Source: Antedon mediterranea (lineage: Eukaryota; Animalia; Echinodermata). Taken from it: a stretch of DNA of 64,000 nucleotides. Position 1 is the first letter of the stretch. The number at the start of each line of letters is the position of its first letter. Location of the stretch: assembly GCF_964355755.1 (NCBI RefSeq), contig NC_092679.1, forward strand, positions 6,850,201 through 6,914,200, written 5' to 3'. Under the pieces are notes generated by a model that was given only the letters and a program-made list of their open reading frames with translations, had not been told where the DNA came from and did no database searches. A program made the translations under genes and the position numbers. Positions 1 to 8,929 of this stretch are shown piece by piece.

Positions 1-1394
1 GGTCCGTTGGACCCCATCAGCAATCGCCGATCTTCATTGGTAGCGATGAAACGCAGGCCCTTGCGTTGATCGGCCGTAAAGCCAGTCACTCGGCTGGTCA
101 CGCTAAAGTATGTCCTGGGGAAATGTCGGAGGTAGGCGATTGCTACGGCTTCCGTGGAAGCGTAGTCTGCCAGAAGCAGCCGCTGTTCCTTCAACACACA
201 ACTCAGACGTAGGATGTCCAAGACGCGATAGTAGCACTCCTCCCCAGTGACATCGCCTTGAACTCCAGAGACTTCAAGACACAGGATGCGGTGGTGGCGG
301 CCGTCCAAGCAACGACCCAACACCTTCTTTAGCAGCTGATCTTGTCTCGGCCAATCCGTAGGCGGGGCCGAATGGTCCAACCCCACTCTCCCGATTACTC
401 GAACATCTCGAGTTCGGGCTAAGGCCAGAAGCCTATCGAATTGGACCGTTGTCGGCGAGTAGCCAGGAGCCACTCCCAAGCCCACCGCACAGCCGTTCCT
501 CGCCAGTCCGCCAATCTCCCGCTCGGTGGGTAAGTGGTTGGATTGACAAACAGGGCAATCCCGCCTACCACTTCCACAGGTTGTGTTCCACTTCTCACCC
601 GCACCGCTCGCTCCACGTCCCAGAGGTCCCCTCGTCGGGAGAGTTGCAGGTCCCTCTGCAACCGGTCCAGATGGAAACAGGCGTCAAACACTTTGGGCGC
701 CGAACCAAGCGAGGCCGATGTACCCTGCACAATCGGTGGCGCCGCCACTGATCTACCATCCTTCGGTGCCGGGGCATCGCGCTTGGTCGGTCGCTCTCCA
801 TGTTCGCCACCTGCCGCTTTCCTCTTCGTCGACTTTTTGGCGGTCTGGTCCACTGCCGGCTCCTCCTCCTCAGCCCGACGACCACACTCCTTCACCAGCT
901 CTTCACCAAAAGAAGCGATGAGAGCAATCGCACAGCGCCAGTGTATGAGAGCCGACGGGTGTCCTGCCTTTACCAAGGCCCTCCGCTGCCAAGCTGGTGA
1001 GTGCCCGCCACTGCACTCGTGCCCTCCGCCAAGAACTTTGTTCCCGTGGTCGAAAACATGCCGGGGCATGCATCTTCGTGACGTGGACCCGCATGTTGCT
1101 CACTGGACCACATCCCAGATGGCATTTTGGTTTCTGCTTGGCTGGGGTGCTCGCCACCGGGCAAGCCCCTCTCGTATCCCCAGCCACTGCTTGCTCTTTC
1201 GGGGTCATCAGATGGAAGATTGGTTTCCCCTTGGCCGGGGTGGTCGCCGCCGGGCAAGCCCCTCCCGTATCCCCAGCCACCGCTTCCCCTTTCGGGGTCG
1301 GTTCCTCCTGTGCACCCGGACTAGCCAGGAGCACATCTTCCTCCATCTCGGAAATGTCCGTCTCACTTCCGTCAGCGAACGGTAACTGATCCAT
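1..1394 (-). pseudogene. Retrotransposon ORF3: acidic/repeat N-terminus, C2H2-like finger and TatD-fold (catalytically degenerate) domain; about 2 frameshifts; runs off the window
   Basis: Joins ORF 903..1394 (CHLGC-x8-H-x4-H), ORF 419..1069 (VFDACFHLDRL) and a stop-free third frame from about 505 to 1, translated by hand: ...GCAVGLGVAPG...VRVIGRVGLDHS..WPRQDQLLKKVL...RILCLEVSG...LLLADYAS...FPRTYFSVTS...DRRLLMGSNGP. These blocks follow the TatD motif order. Confidence 0.8.
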
Positions 1395-1427
1395 ATCTGA
1401 GGGAGAAGAGAAGGTAAACGTGAGTAC

Positions 1428-3152
1428 TTAATTGTTAACTGAGGACTTGCAGTCCGCACATCGATATAAGTCGATGTCCAAGGCCTCAGCTGGTGCAATA
1501 TTCACACATGCACCGTGGTACCACACCTCGCAATAGTCACATTGTATCATAAATGAGCCGTCCCAGGGCTGGCGACATAGACAATACAACGGTCCCGCAT
1601 CCGGATCTGTAGGTGAAGAAAGAGAAGGTAAGTTAAAATCAGCCAGCCATTTAGGAAGCTGTCGATCCCGACAGGGCTTCAACTTGTCATGATTTAAAAC
1701 CACCGTCTTGTTTCTCAGCTGCACCTGAAATAAACAAGAACTAATAACCTTAGTAATAATACCGGGCCTCTTCCAGGGGGGACACAATTTCTTGCACTTC
1801 CCCCGAGGGGTAGCGTTGTCAAGAACGTAGACTTTGTCCCCACATTGGTATGGACGTTCCAGCACTCGAAGATCATAGTCCCGTTTCATTCTCTTCTGAG
1901 TCTGCTTCAGCGTTTCCCTAGCGATGCCATGGGCATCACGGATCGCTTTTACCAAATCTGCAACGTAGGTGGCGGCTTCCTGCTCATCGGTGGACCGGCA
2001 TTCTCCGAACATGAGATCAGCTGGTAAATTAACCTCTAGGCCCAGCATCAGCATGTTCGGAGTAAAACCAGTCGAGCGGTTCACCGTGGCGCGTAGTGCA
2101 CCAGCAATCTGCGGTAGATAGACATCCCAGTCTCGCTGTCTCTTCCCCACGAAGCATCGTACAGCATCCATTAGTGTGCGATTAAATCGCTCTACTTGAC
2201 CATTAGCCGCCGGTCGGTAGCTTGTCGTTCGGGTCTTGTGGATCTGTAACACTTTACATAAAGATGCAAACAATTCACTTTCAAAATTCCTCCCCTGGTC
2301 TGAGTGTAACTGAAAAGGTACACCGAACCTAGAGAAAAAGTCCCTTACTAGGGCTCTAGTGGTTACCTCTGCAACTTGAGACGGGAGCGGGCTGATTTCA
2401 ACCCATTTGGTGAATTGGTCGACCATCATCAGAATGTAGATGTTTCCCTGTTCAGTTTTTGGTAACGGGCCAAGGAAATCGATATGTATGCGTTCCATAG
2501 GAACACCGGCCTGGAATTCGGTCAACTGGTGTCGACCTTGGCGAGTGGCCTTCTTGCTTCTATTACAAATATTGCAAGTCTGAACATACCTCTGTATATC
2601 CCCGCCCATACCGTACCAGAAAAACTTCTCCTTCAGTCGAAACTTGGTCCGGGCGACCCCTTGATGACCCGCCGATGGCAAATCGTGATGTAACCTGAGA
2701 GCTACGGCGTGTAGCTCCTTGGGCAACACAAGTAGTCGTCCGGTACCCTCTGCTTGGTTGATGAACAGTATACCTGCTTCCGTGAGATGCAGGCGTTGTC
2801 TGTTCAGCCAATAGTGTTTGGTGGCAGCGCTGGAGATAAACAGCTGATTCTCGGAGGGTTCCCCATTCTGCAACCAGTCCAGAACAGGTGCCAAGTCAGG
2901 ATCACTCGTTTGATGTTGCCGTAGCTCGTCCAGTGAATAACCCCAACACTCGGCTCCCTTCGGGCGTAGCTGTACTGCAGCCACTCGTCCACCATCGTCG
3001 TTCTGTAGGAAAGAAAACTGAATCGTACCGTTAGTAGCAGTCCGTGATACCTCTATACTTACCTGTCCACCGGGGTCCCAAGGAACATCGTCCCCTGGCA
3101 GAGTACCCTCCAGGTGGTCCACGGCTACCTGGTGTACGTGGGCGATGGGCAC
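1428..3152 (-). CDS. pol, integrase portion with C-terminal PHD finger
   Basis: HHCC motif (HDLPSAGH..CNIC), DDE core (IHIDFLG, LHSDQG, GQVERFN), then the C4HC3 PHD YCLCRQPWDGSFMIQCDYCEVWYHGACV...CADC at 1449..1586. Confidence 0.95.
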   Translation of the reverse strand: MPIAHVHQVAVDHLEGTLPGDDVPWDPGGQVSIEVSRTATNGTIQFSFLQNDDGGRVAAVQLRPKGAECWGYSLDELRQHQTSDPDLAPVLDWLQNGEPSENQLFISSAATKHYWLNRQRLHLTEAGILFINQAEGTGRLLVLPKELHAVALRLHHDLPSAGHQGVARTKFRLKEKFFWYGMGGDIQRYVQTCNICNRSKKATRQGRHQLTEFQAGVPMERIHIDFLGPLPKTEQGNIYILMMVDQFTKWVEISPLPSQVAEVTTRALVRDFFSRFGVPFQLHSDQGRNFESELFASLCKVLQIHKTRTTSYRPAANGQVERFNRTLMDAVRCFVGKRQRDWDVYLPQIAGALRATVNRSTGFTPNMLMLGLEVNLPADLMFGECRSTDEQEAATYVADLVKAIRDAHGIARETLKQTQKRMKRDYDLRVLERPYQCGDKVYVLDNATPRGKCKKLCPPWKRPGIITKVISSCLFQVQLRNKTVVLNHDKLKPCRDRQLPKWLADFNLPSLSSPTDPDAGPLYCLCRQPWDGSFMIQCDYCEVWYHGACVNIAPAEALDIDLYRCADCKSSVNN

Positions 3153-3322
3153 AACGTCGTCTACTTCATCCTGGAACGCTGACCATCTTGCATCCGCTCG
3201 TTGACAGTACGAACAGCCCCCACAGGGAAGCCCTTAGCGCAGGCCGTTCGTGGCTACTGTCATGAGTTTCTGGTCGGCGAGAAAGAGCATCGGCGTTGCC
3301 ATGGTGCTGCCCTCGGCGGTGT

Positions 3323-3950
3323 TCAATCAGCAGGTGGTACTGGCTCAGCTCCTCGATCCACCGAGCGAGTTGCCCCTGTGGTTGCTTGAAGTTGAGGAGC
3401 CAGGTTGTGATCAGTCCGCACTCTAAAAGGTCTGCCTAGAAGGTAGTGCCTAAAATGCCTTGTCATGAACACAATTGCTAGCAACTCCTTGCGTGTAGTG
3501 CAATAGTTCCGTTGTTCATGAGTTAGACGGGCACTTGCATATGCAATTACCTTCTCCTTACCTTCCTGCACCTGGAGCAGCTCGCCTCCTAGTGCTTGAT
3601 CTGACGCGTCGACATCCAGAATAAATTCATCAGTCCCGTTCGGCAAGGCGAGTAGAGGAGGTTGAACGAGAGCAGCTTTCAAGTCAGTGAACGCCTGTTG
3701 TTGTTCCTCCCCCCAGTGAAACTTCACCTTTTTTTTAGTGAGTTCATATAGATAGAGGTGCAGCTAAACCAGCAAAGTTCTCAATGAACTCTCTATGGTA
3801 GTTAGCCAACCCCAAGAACTGCTGTACTTCTCTCAGATTGGTAGGTGTCGGCCAGTCTTGAACAGCCTTTATATCCGAATCGGACACCGCCACCGTATCC
3901 TCCCCAACGATTCGCCCTAAAAATTCAACCTGTTTCTGAAAGAAAAACAC
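3323..3950 (-). pseudogene. pol, RT thumb/connection and RNase H (frameshifted)
   Basis: VEFLGRIV, QQFLGLANYHREFI, FHWGEEQQQAF, LDVDASD, YCTTRKELLAIV and VRTDH across ORFs 3744..3950 and 3323..3727. Confidence 0.93.
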
Positions 3951-4894
3951 TTTTTAGGTTTAAGTTTAAAGTTGTTAACACGAAATCGCTGCAGAACCTG
4001 AGAGAGGTTGCTGAGATGATCTTCGAACGTTTTACCTAGCACGACAATATCATCGAGAAATGCCAATACCGTATCCCACGCCAATCCCCGCAGCACCAAA
4101 CCCATGGCACGGGAGAAGGTTGCAGGACAATTGGTAAGACCAAATGGCATTTTCACGAATTCATACAGGCCATGCTTGGTGATAAACGCTGTCTTCTTAC
4201 GGTCTTCATCCTTCATCTTAATCTGCCAGTACCCCCAAATCGCGTCCAGTTTAAAAAACCAGATATTCCCCGACAGTGTGTCAAGGCAATCACGAATCAG
4301 AGTTAATGGGTACGCATCTTTAGTCGTGATGTTGTTGAGAGCTCGATAGTCAATGCAAAAGCGCACAGAACCATCGCGCTTCCGGACCAACACAGGCGGT
4401 GATGCCCACTCGGACATGGATGGTTGAATAACACCTGCCTCCAACATCATCTTTATCTCCTTTTCCTCCTCCCCCACAAAGCGCAGAGGAGTATGGCGGA
4501 GCCGTTGCCTGATTGGTGAGGCATCTCCAGTGTCGATGCTGTGTTCAATATCACCAAAGGTGCCAATGTCGAATTGATGAGCGGCGAAGACATCCTGGTA
4601 ATCAACCAATAGCTTAGTGAGCGCGTCAGCCTCTTCACTTGAGAGATTAGATCTCGAAGAGTCCAACATGCCCACTAGGTGCGCCGGCACCCCCTCGGGT
4701 TGGTTACCGTCATCGTCCGCTTGGTTCAACAAAGCATCATCGGACGGAGTCGCCCCCGTCTGGAACACACTCACCCCTTCAGCTTCCCTTGCCGTACCTA
4801 TCTGTCTACCCTTTTTCATAGTGAGGTAGTGGTCAGATGTGTTGATGACACAGATGCATGGCGCATCAGTGCGTAGTTGCCGGTATCGCCACAT
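3917..4894 (-). CDS. pol, reverse transcriptase
   Basis: SEWASPPVLVRKRDGSVRFCIDYRALN, KLDAIWGYWQI, MPFGLTNCPATF, LAFLDDIVV (YxDD-type motif, here FLDD). Confidence 0.96.
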   Translation of the reverse strand: MWRYRQLRTDAPCICVINTSDHYLTMKKGRQIGTAREAEGVSVFQTGATPSDDALLNQADDDGNQPEGVPAHLVGMLDSSRSNLSSEEADALTKLLVDYQDVFAAHQFDIGTFGDIEHSIDTGDASPIRQRLRHTPLRFVGEEEKEIKMMLEAGVIQPSMSEWASPPVLVRKRDGSVRFCIDYRALNNITTKDAYPLTLIRDCLDTLSGNIWFFKLDAIWGYWQIKMKDEDRKKTAFITKHGLYEFVKMPFGLTNCPATFSRAMGLVLRGLAWDTVLAFLDDIVVLGKTFEDHLSNLSQVLQRFRVNNFKLKPKKCFSFRNRLNF

Positions 4895-5048
4895 CGTCAG
4901 TAGTTGGAACTGGCTCTATAAAGAAATCAGGCATAGATAAATTGTTAGTCACAAGTTTACATTTAAGTTTAAGCTGAGTGAGGAGGAATTACTCTCCGTT
5001 TAGCCACCGTTACCTGGGCAACCCTAGGTTCTACCGGTGAATCCCCTC

Positions 5049-5657
5049 TTAGAGATATAGTACTGCCCCCAATTGCCAGAAGCAAATTTCCACAATCGAT
5101 AACGGCTCCCTGTGGATGAAGAAAATCACCACCCAAGAGCATATCGTCATTGATGGGGGCAACATAAAGAATTCATGGTACTCTTTGCTTCCCAATGTAA
5201 ACTGTAGAGGCCCCACCTTCGACCCTGGCATAGATGTCCCCCTCCCTGCCAAAGTAAAGGACAGGGTAGACACCACAGGTGGTGCCGGATCTAGACTTTT
5301 ATAAACCTTATCGGATAGTATGGTAAAATTCGCTGCAGTGTCCACGACTGCGTCAATTTTTGTACCATTTACAAAAGCAGTTGCATGCAACGCATTCAAC
5401 GATTTTACCCTGTTGATAACAATCCGGGTTTGAGTCTCTTCAGTTTTGGTTGTCGTCGGTGTAGATGATTCAATCAGCCCTGAGCTAATTGTAGATGGCT
5501 CAATGATCGTCACAGGATCCGGTGCTACCCCCTCTGTATTTACAGGCTTGGCCATCAGGCCCAGCTTGGAGATAGTTGACGAGCCATCCTCCTCCTGGCC
5601 AGCTTCCGGAACCGGGTTAGGCCGTCAGCCCTCTGACCCAACCCTTACTCGTTTAAC
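5049..5657 (-). pseudogene. pol, aspartic protease region (frameshifted)
   Basis: AVVDTAANFTIL retropepsin motif in ORF 5049..5555, between gag and RT. Confidence 0.85.
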
Positions 5658-5801
5658 GGATCCTCCCCTCTGTATTTACAGGCTTGGCCATCAGGCCCAG
5701 CTTGGAGATAGTTGACGAGCCATCCTCCTCCTGGCCAGCTTCCGGAACCGGGTTAGGTCGTCGGCCCTCTGACCCAACCCTTACTCGTTTAACGGGATCC
5801 T
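5529..5801. repeat. About 136-bp near-identical tandem duplication spanning the gag-pol junction
   Basis: 5529..5664 and 5665..5801 differ by a few substitutions and one extra base. Confidence 0.95.
5744..5793 (-). promoter_or_regulatory. Candidate -1 ribosomal frameshift signal (G UUA AAC plus pseudoknot); second copy at 5608..5657
   Basis: Minus strand GTTAAAC-gagTAA-GGGTTGGGTC...GACCTAACCC forms a 10-bp stem, and the loop GGGCC can pair with the downstream GGTTC. Confidence 0.65.
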
Positions 5802-7675
5802 GCTCATTGCCACCAACCTGACACAAACGGCTCGCTAACCTCGGACACTTCCTGCGGAAATGTCCCACCTCCTTACATTCAAAGCAAGCCAGTTCGCCTG
5901 GTCTCAGGAAACGCATGAGCTGATCCAATTGATTCCGCATGGCGGCGATCTCCGTGTTCACGGTGTTCTCCACCCGTCCCAGATTGGTGTTCAACGGCTG
6001 GAAATTACCCTCCACAGCGGCCAAACGGGCCTCCGTAGTAGGAGTATTGTTGGTGGGTGGCACCGACGTCACAGTTCGAGGCTGGTTCTGGCCGTCAGTA
6101 GGTGCGGGTTCCGGAGGAACCCAAGCTGGTGCTGGCCTCTGAAACGTTACACGGTTTCCCCTCATAGGCCTCCCTCGCACCTGCTGAATGGACACCTCAT
6201 CGCCAGTTTCACCCTCGGTATCGTCCTGGTCTTCTGAAGGTAGCTAGCTGAAAAGATAGTGGGGGTGCAAAAGAAGTACGGACCGTGGACCTAACATGAG
6301 GTTTCACGGTATCCTTAACCTTACTCTTACGTTTACTATATAGCCCCCTATAACTATCATATTTTTCGAACTCCTTAATAGCTCTGGGAATAGTTGAGCA
6401 GTGCTTGTGCATGACGTGCCTACCTACTTCTGCATTCCTAACTACGGCCTGCTCTTGGATCCACTCCTTGGGCAAATCTTTAAACGCCTTTCTAGTCAGG
6501 GTTAGCACTCTATCTCCCCATTCCTCTATAGTCTCTCCCTCATTTTGCGTAGCAGTCTCTAATTTAGCTTGGAGGACTGCGGGGAGCTCGTCCTCACTAA
6601 AGCATCGGTTGAAAGCTTTAATGATCTGCCTAAAGCCCATATCAGCGTCCATTTCTATCAGATCACATAGAACTCAGCCGCCGCCCCGTCTAAACACCAA
6701 GTAAGGACGTCCTTACTTTCACGGTTTGTGAGTTCCTGCTCCTCTATAAATGAAGCCAACCGCCGCTTAAAAAAAGACCAGTTGTCTCCCCTCCCCCTAA
6801 ACGTTAGAGACCTAGGTATATCTTTTTTACGCATCCTCCTCCGTTCTAAAATACCCTGCCGGCCTTCGTAGTGCCTGATTCTCGGGGTAGCCGCCCTAAG
6901 ACACTCTCTACTGCTGTCCTAGCCCCTGCACTATGTCTATCCGACTCTCTATACTCCTGCTACTATCAGTATCAATCAGCCCCATCTCTACTAAGGTCAC
7001 TATCGCTGGTCGATGGAGATCGCCGGCGAGCCCTAGTTTTAGACCTAGGGGTTCTAGACAGTCTCCTGGGGAGTCTTTCCTCCTCGTCCTCCCTAGAGCT
7101 AAAACACGAGTCTAAGGTTATTGGAGATGGCTTTTTGATGTACTACCCCTCATACGTTGTGTTGACCTACTCTTACTCCTATCCTGGTCAGAACGCCCAG
7201 CGGAGGTGGATGGCATATAAGCCACCTTCGAGGTAACGAGGATCACTAGCAGGTCCTGCAGTATAATACGTACCTGGTACGTCTAATAAAGGAGTAGCCT
7301 GGGGCGATGAGAGGACGTGGTATCGACCACTATGGCCCCCGTCATTTTTCCCCCGGTATGCCCCTTCCATATCTACAGATTGTGAGACCTGCGACCCCTT
7401 TCTGGCCGCTCTATTTTGCTTTTCCACTAGAGGTGACACATTATCAATCATCTGGCCTACGCCTCCCCTAAACTCGGATTCGGCTGAAAATCCAGGTAGT
7501 CAACTAACCTGGCAGTACCAGCTACTCCGTGTATCTGGTTAATATTAGAGGGCGTAATGTTGCCATGGGTAGCCCGCCATTTAATTATTCTAGTTGCTCG
7601 TTTCTTCCCTACATTAGGGACTCCATGAAGGTTTTGCACTGGGCAAAAGTTAACTAGAACCTTATTAGACGACAT
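5781..7675 (-). pseudogene. gag with N-terminal HhH (ComEA-like) domain, capsid region and CCHC zinc knuckle; frameshifts and stops
   Basis: 7457..7675 encodes VNFCPVQNLHGVPNVGKKRATRIIKWRATHG. 6209..6652 encodes ATQNEGETIEEWGDRV (retrotransposon gag-like). CFECKEVGHFRRKC lies at 5845..5886. Confidence 0.85.
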
Positions 7676-8497
7676 GATCTAAAAATTGTCTCTCTTCTAT
7701 TGGGTTATGCTCCTAAATCTAGTTACAGTGTATGACATGTTATTAAGCAAAGAGTAAGATACAAATTAAAATACCGCCAGACGTAATAAAAGATTACAGG
7801 CCCAACAGTAGAATCAAATATCGTCAAATGCAGTAACACACACACAATATTGCAAAATGGCTGTTGGAGATGCAAATATAATAAATATTTCACCAGCAAC
7901 CCTGCAATGAAAAGCAACTAGATTATTCAAAAAGACGTCAATACAGTTTAACAACACTCACCACTAAACCTTCCCCCGATGCAAAGAAAGGAGAGCGATA
8001 ATGCCACGGTGAGGTTAACATCACAATATAATAGTAATACGCACAGCCAGTATAATTTCTCAAGATTAAAAACCTGACTAACGGACGAAAAAAGATGTTA
8101 TCAAAAAAAACCAATCAAGGTTAAAAATTAGTGGTGCCACTCAGTTCAACGGCCACGCCTAATACCCCACCAGGTGATACGGCCTAATAAACTGCCCACT
8201 AATACTTCAACTATAGCAAAATAAATACAACTCCCGGTACGCATCGACTACCCCGTCGATACGCTAATCAGCAAGTATCCAAATGCCACAATACTGTACT
8301 GCGTGATTAACTTTACCGGTATGTTATACCTTCAATAAATATACCAACTTCAATAAACTAACAAATGCACCGTAAGCACAATAAGTTAATAGGTTTCGGA
8401 GGACGAAATACCTCGCGATCAACCCGATCACGTTAAGAATGCAAAGCAATCAAGGTTCCCGCCTCTCCAAAAAAAAAAAATATATACTCCGAGCTTT

Positions 8498-8511
8498 TGC
8501 TCGCAGCGCCA
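8498..8511 (-). other. Primer binding site, probably for tRNA-Ser
   Basis: Minus strand TGGCGCTGCGAGCA, 1 nt inside the LTR end (...TCACAACA); complementary to a tRNA-Ser-type 3' end ...TGCTCGCAGCGCCA. Confidence 0.8.
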
Positions 8512-8512
8512 A

Positions 8513-8815
8513 TGTTGTGAATTTAGGTTGGTGCTGGAATGGCCTGATAATTAAAGCTACTAGGCTTACCTAACAGTCCCGCTTGTCCTAAATCACACAA
8601 GTATCCGAAAGCAGCAAATCCAAATATATTGGTCAAGTTCGTTATGTCCGTCTCTCTTCAGTTCCTGCTTCGAATAGACCGGTTCGGGCGGCGTCGAGGT
8701 CCCACGTTAACATTTGCATATCAAGCATATTTGCATATATTTGTATGCAAATCAAGCTATCGGGGCGACGCCCTCGTTCGGTCGGAGGGGTACCCAGCGG
8801 GCGCCGTTCACAACG
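8513..8815 (-). repeat. 5' LTR (about 303 bp)
   Basis: Bounded by the inverted termini TGTTGTGAA (8513) and TTCACAACG (8807-8815, last base non-canonical) and abuts the PBS. The partner LTR is not in the window. Confidence 0.75.
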
Positions 8816-8929
8816 CAGTTGCGCTTACTCGCGCTTCATTGAGCACAGCGTGACCTTTAACTTACTAGAGCACAACGTGGTTGTTCTTTTTTAACCAGCG
8901 ACAATCGTGTTGATATTTTTTTGGTGAAA

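Larger units (their letters stand above)
1..8815 (-). mobile_element. Ty3/Gypsy LTR retrotransposon (HhH-Gag, PR-RT-RH-IN-PHD pol, TatD-like ORF3); 3' end outside the window
   Basis: Minus-strand order is LTR, PBS, gag with CCHC knuckle, protease, RT, RNase H, integrase (Gypsy order), then an extra ORF. GC content is much higher than the host DNA. Several frameshifts and stops. Confidence 0.96.

Noticed and set aside
449-7236. Many plus-strand ORFs (e.g. 534..1385, 283 aa)
   Set aside because: Antisense shadows of the GC-rich retrotransposon ORFs, with no recognisable motifs.
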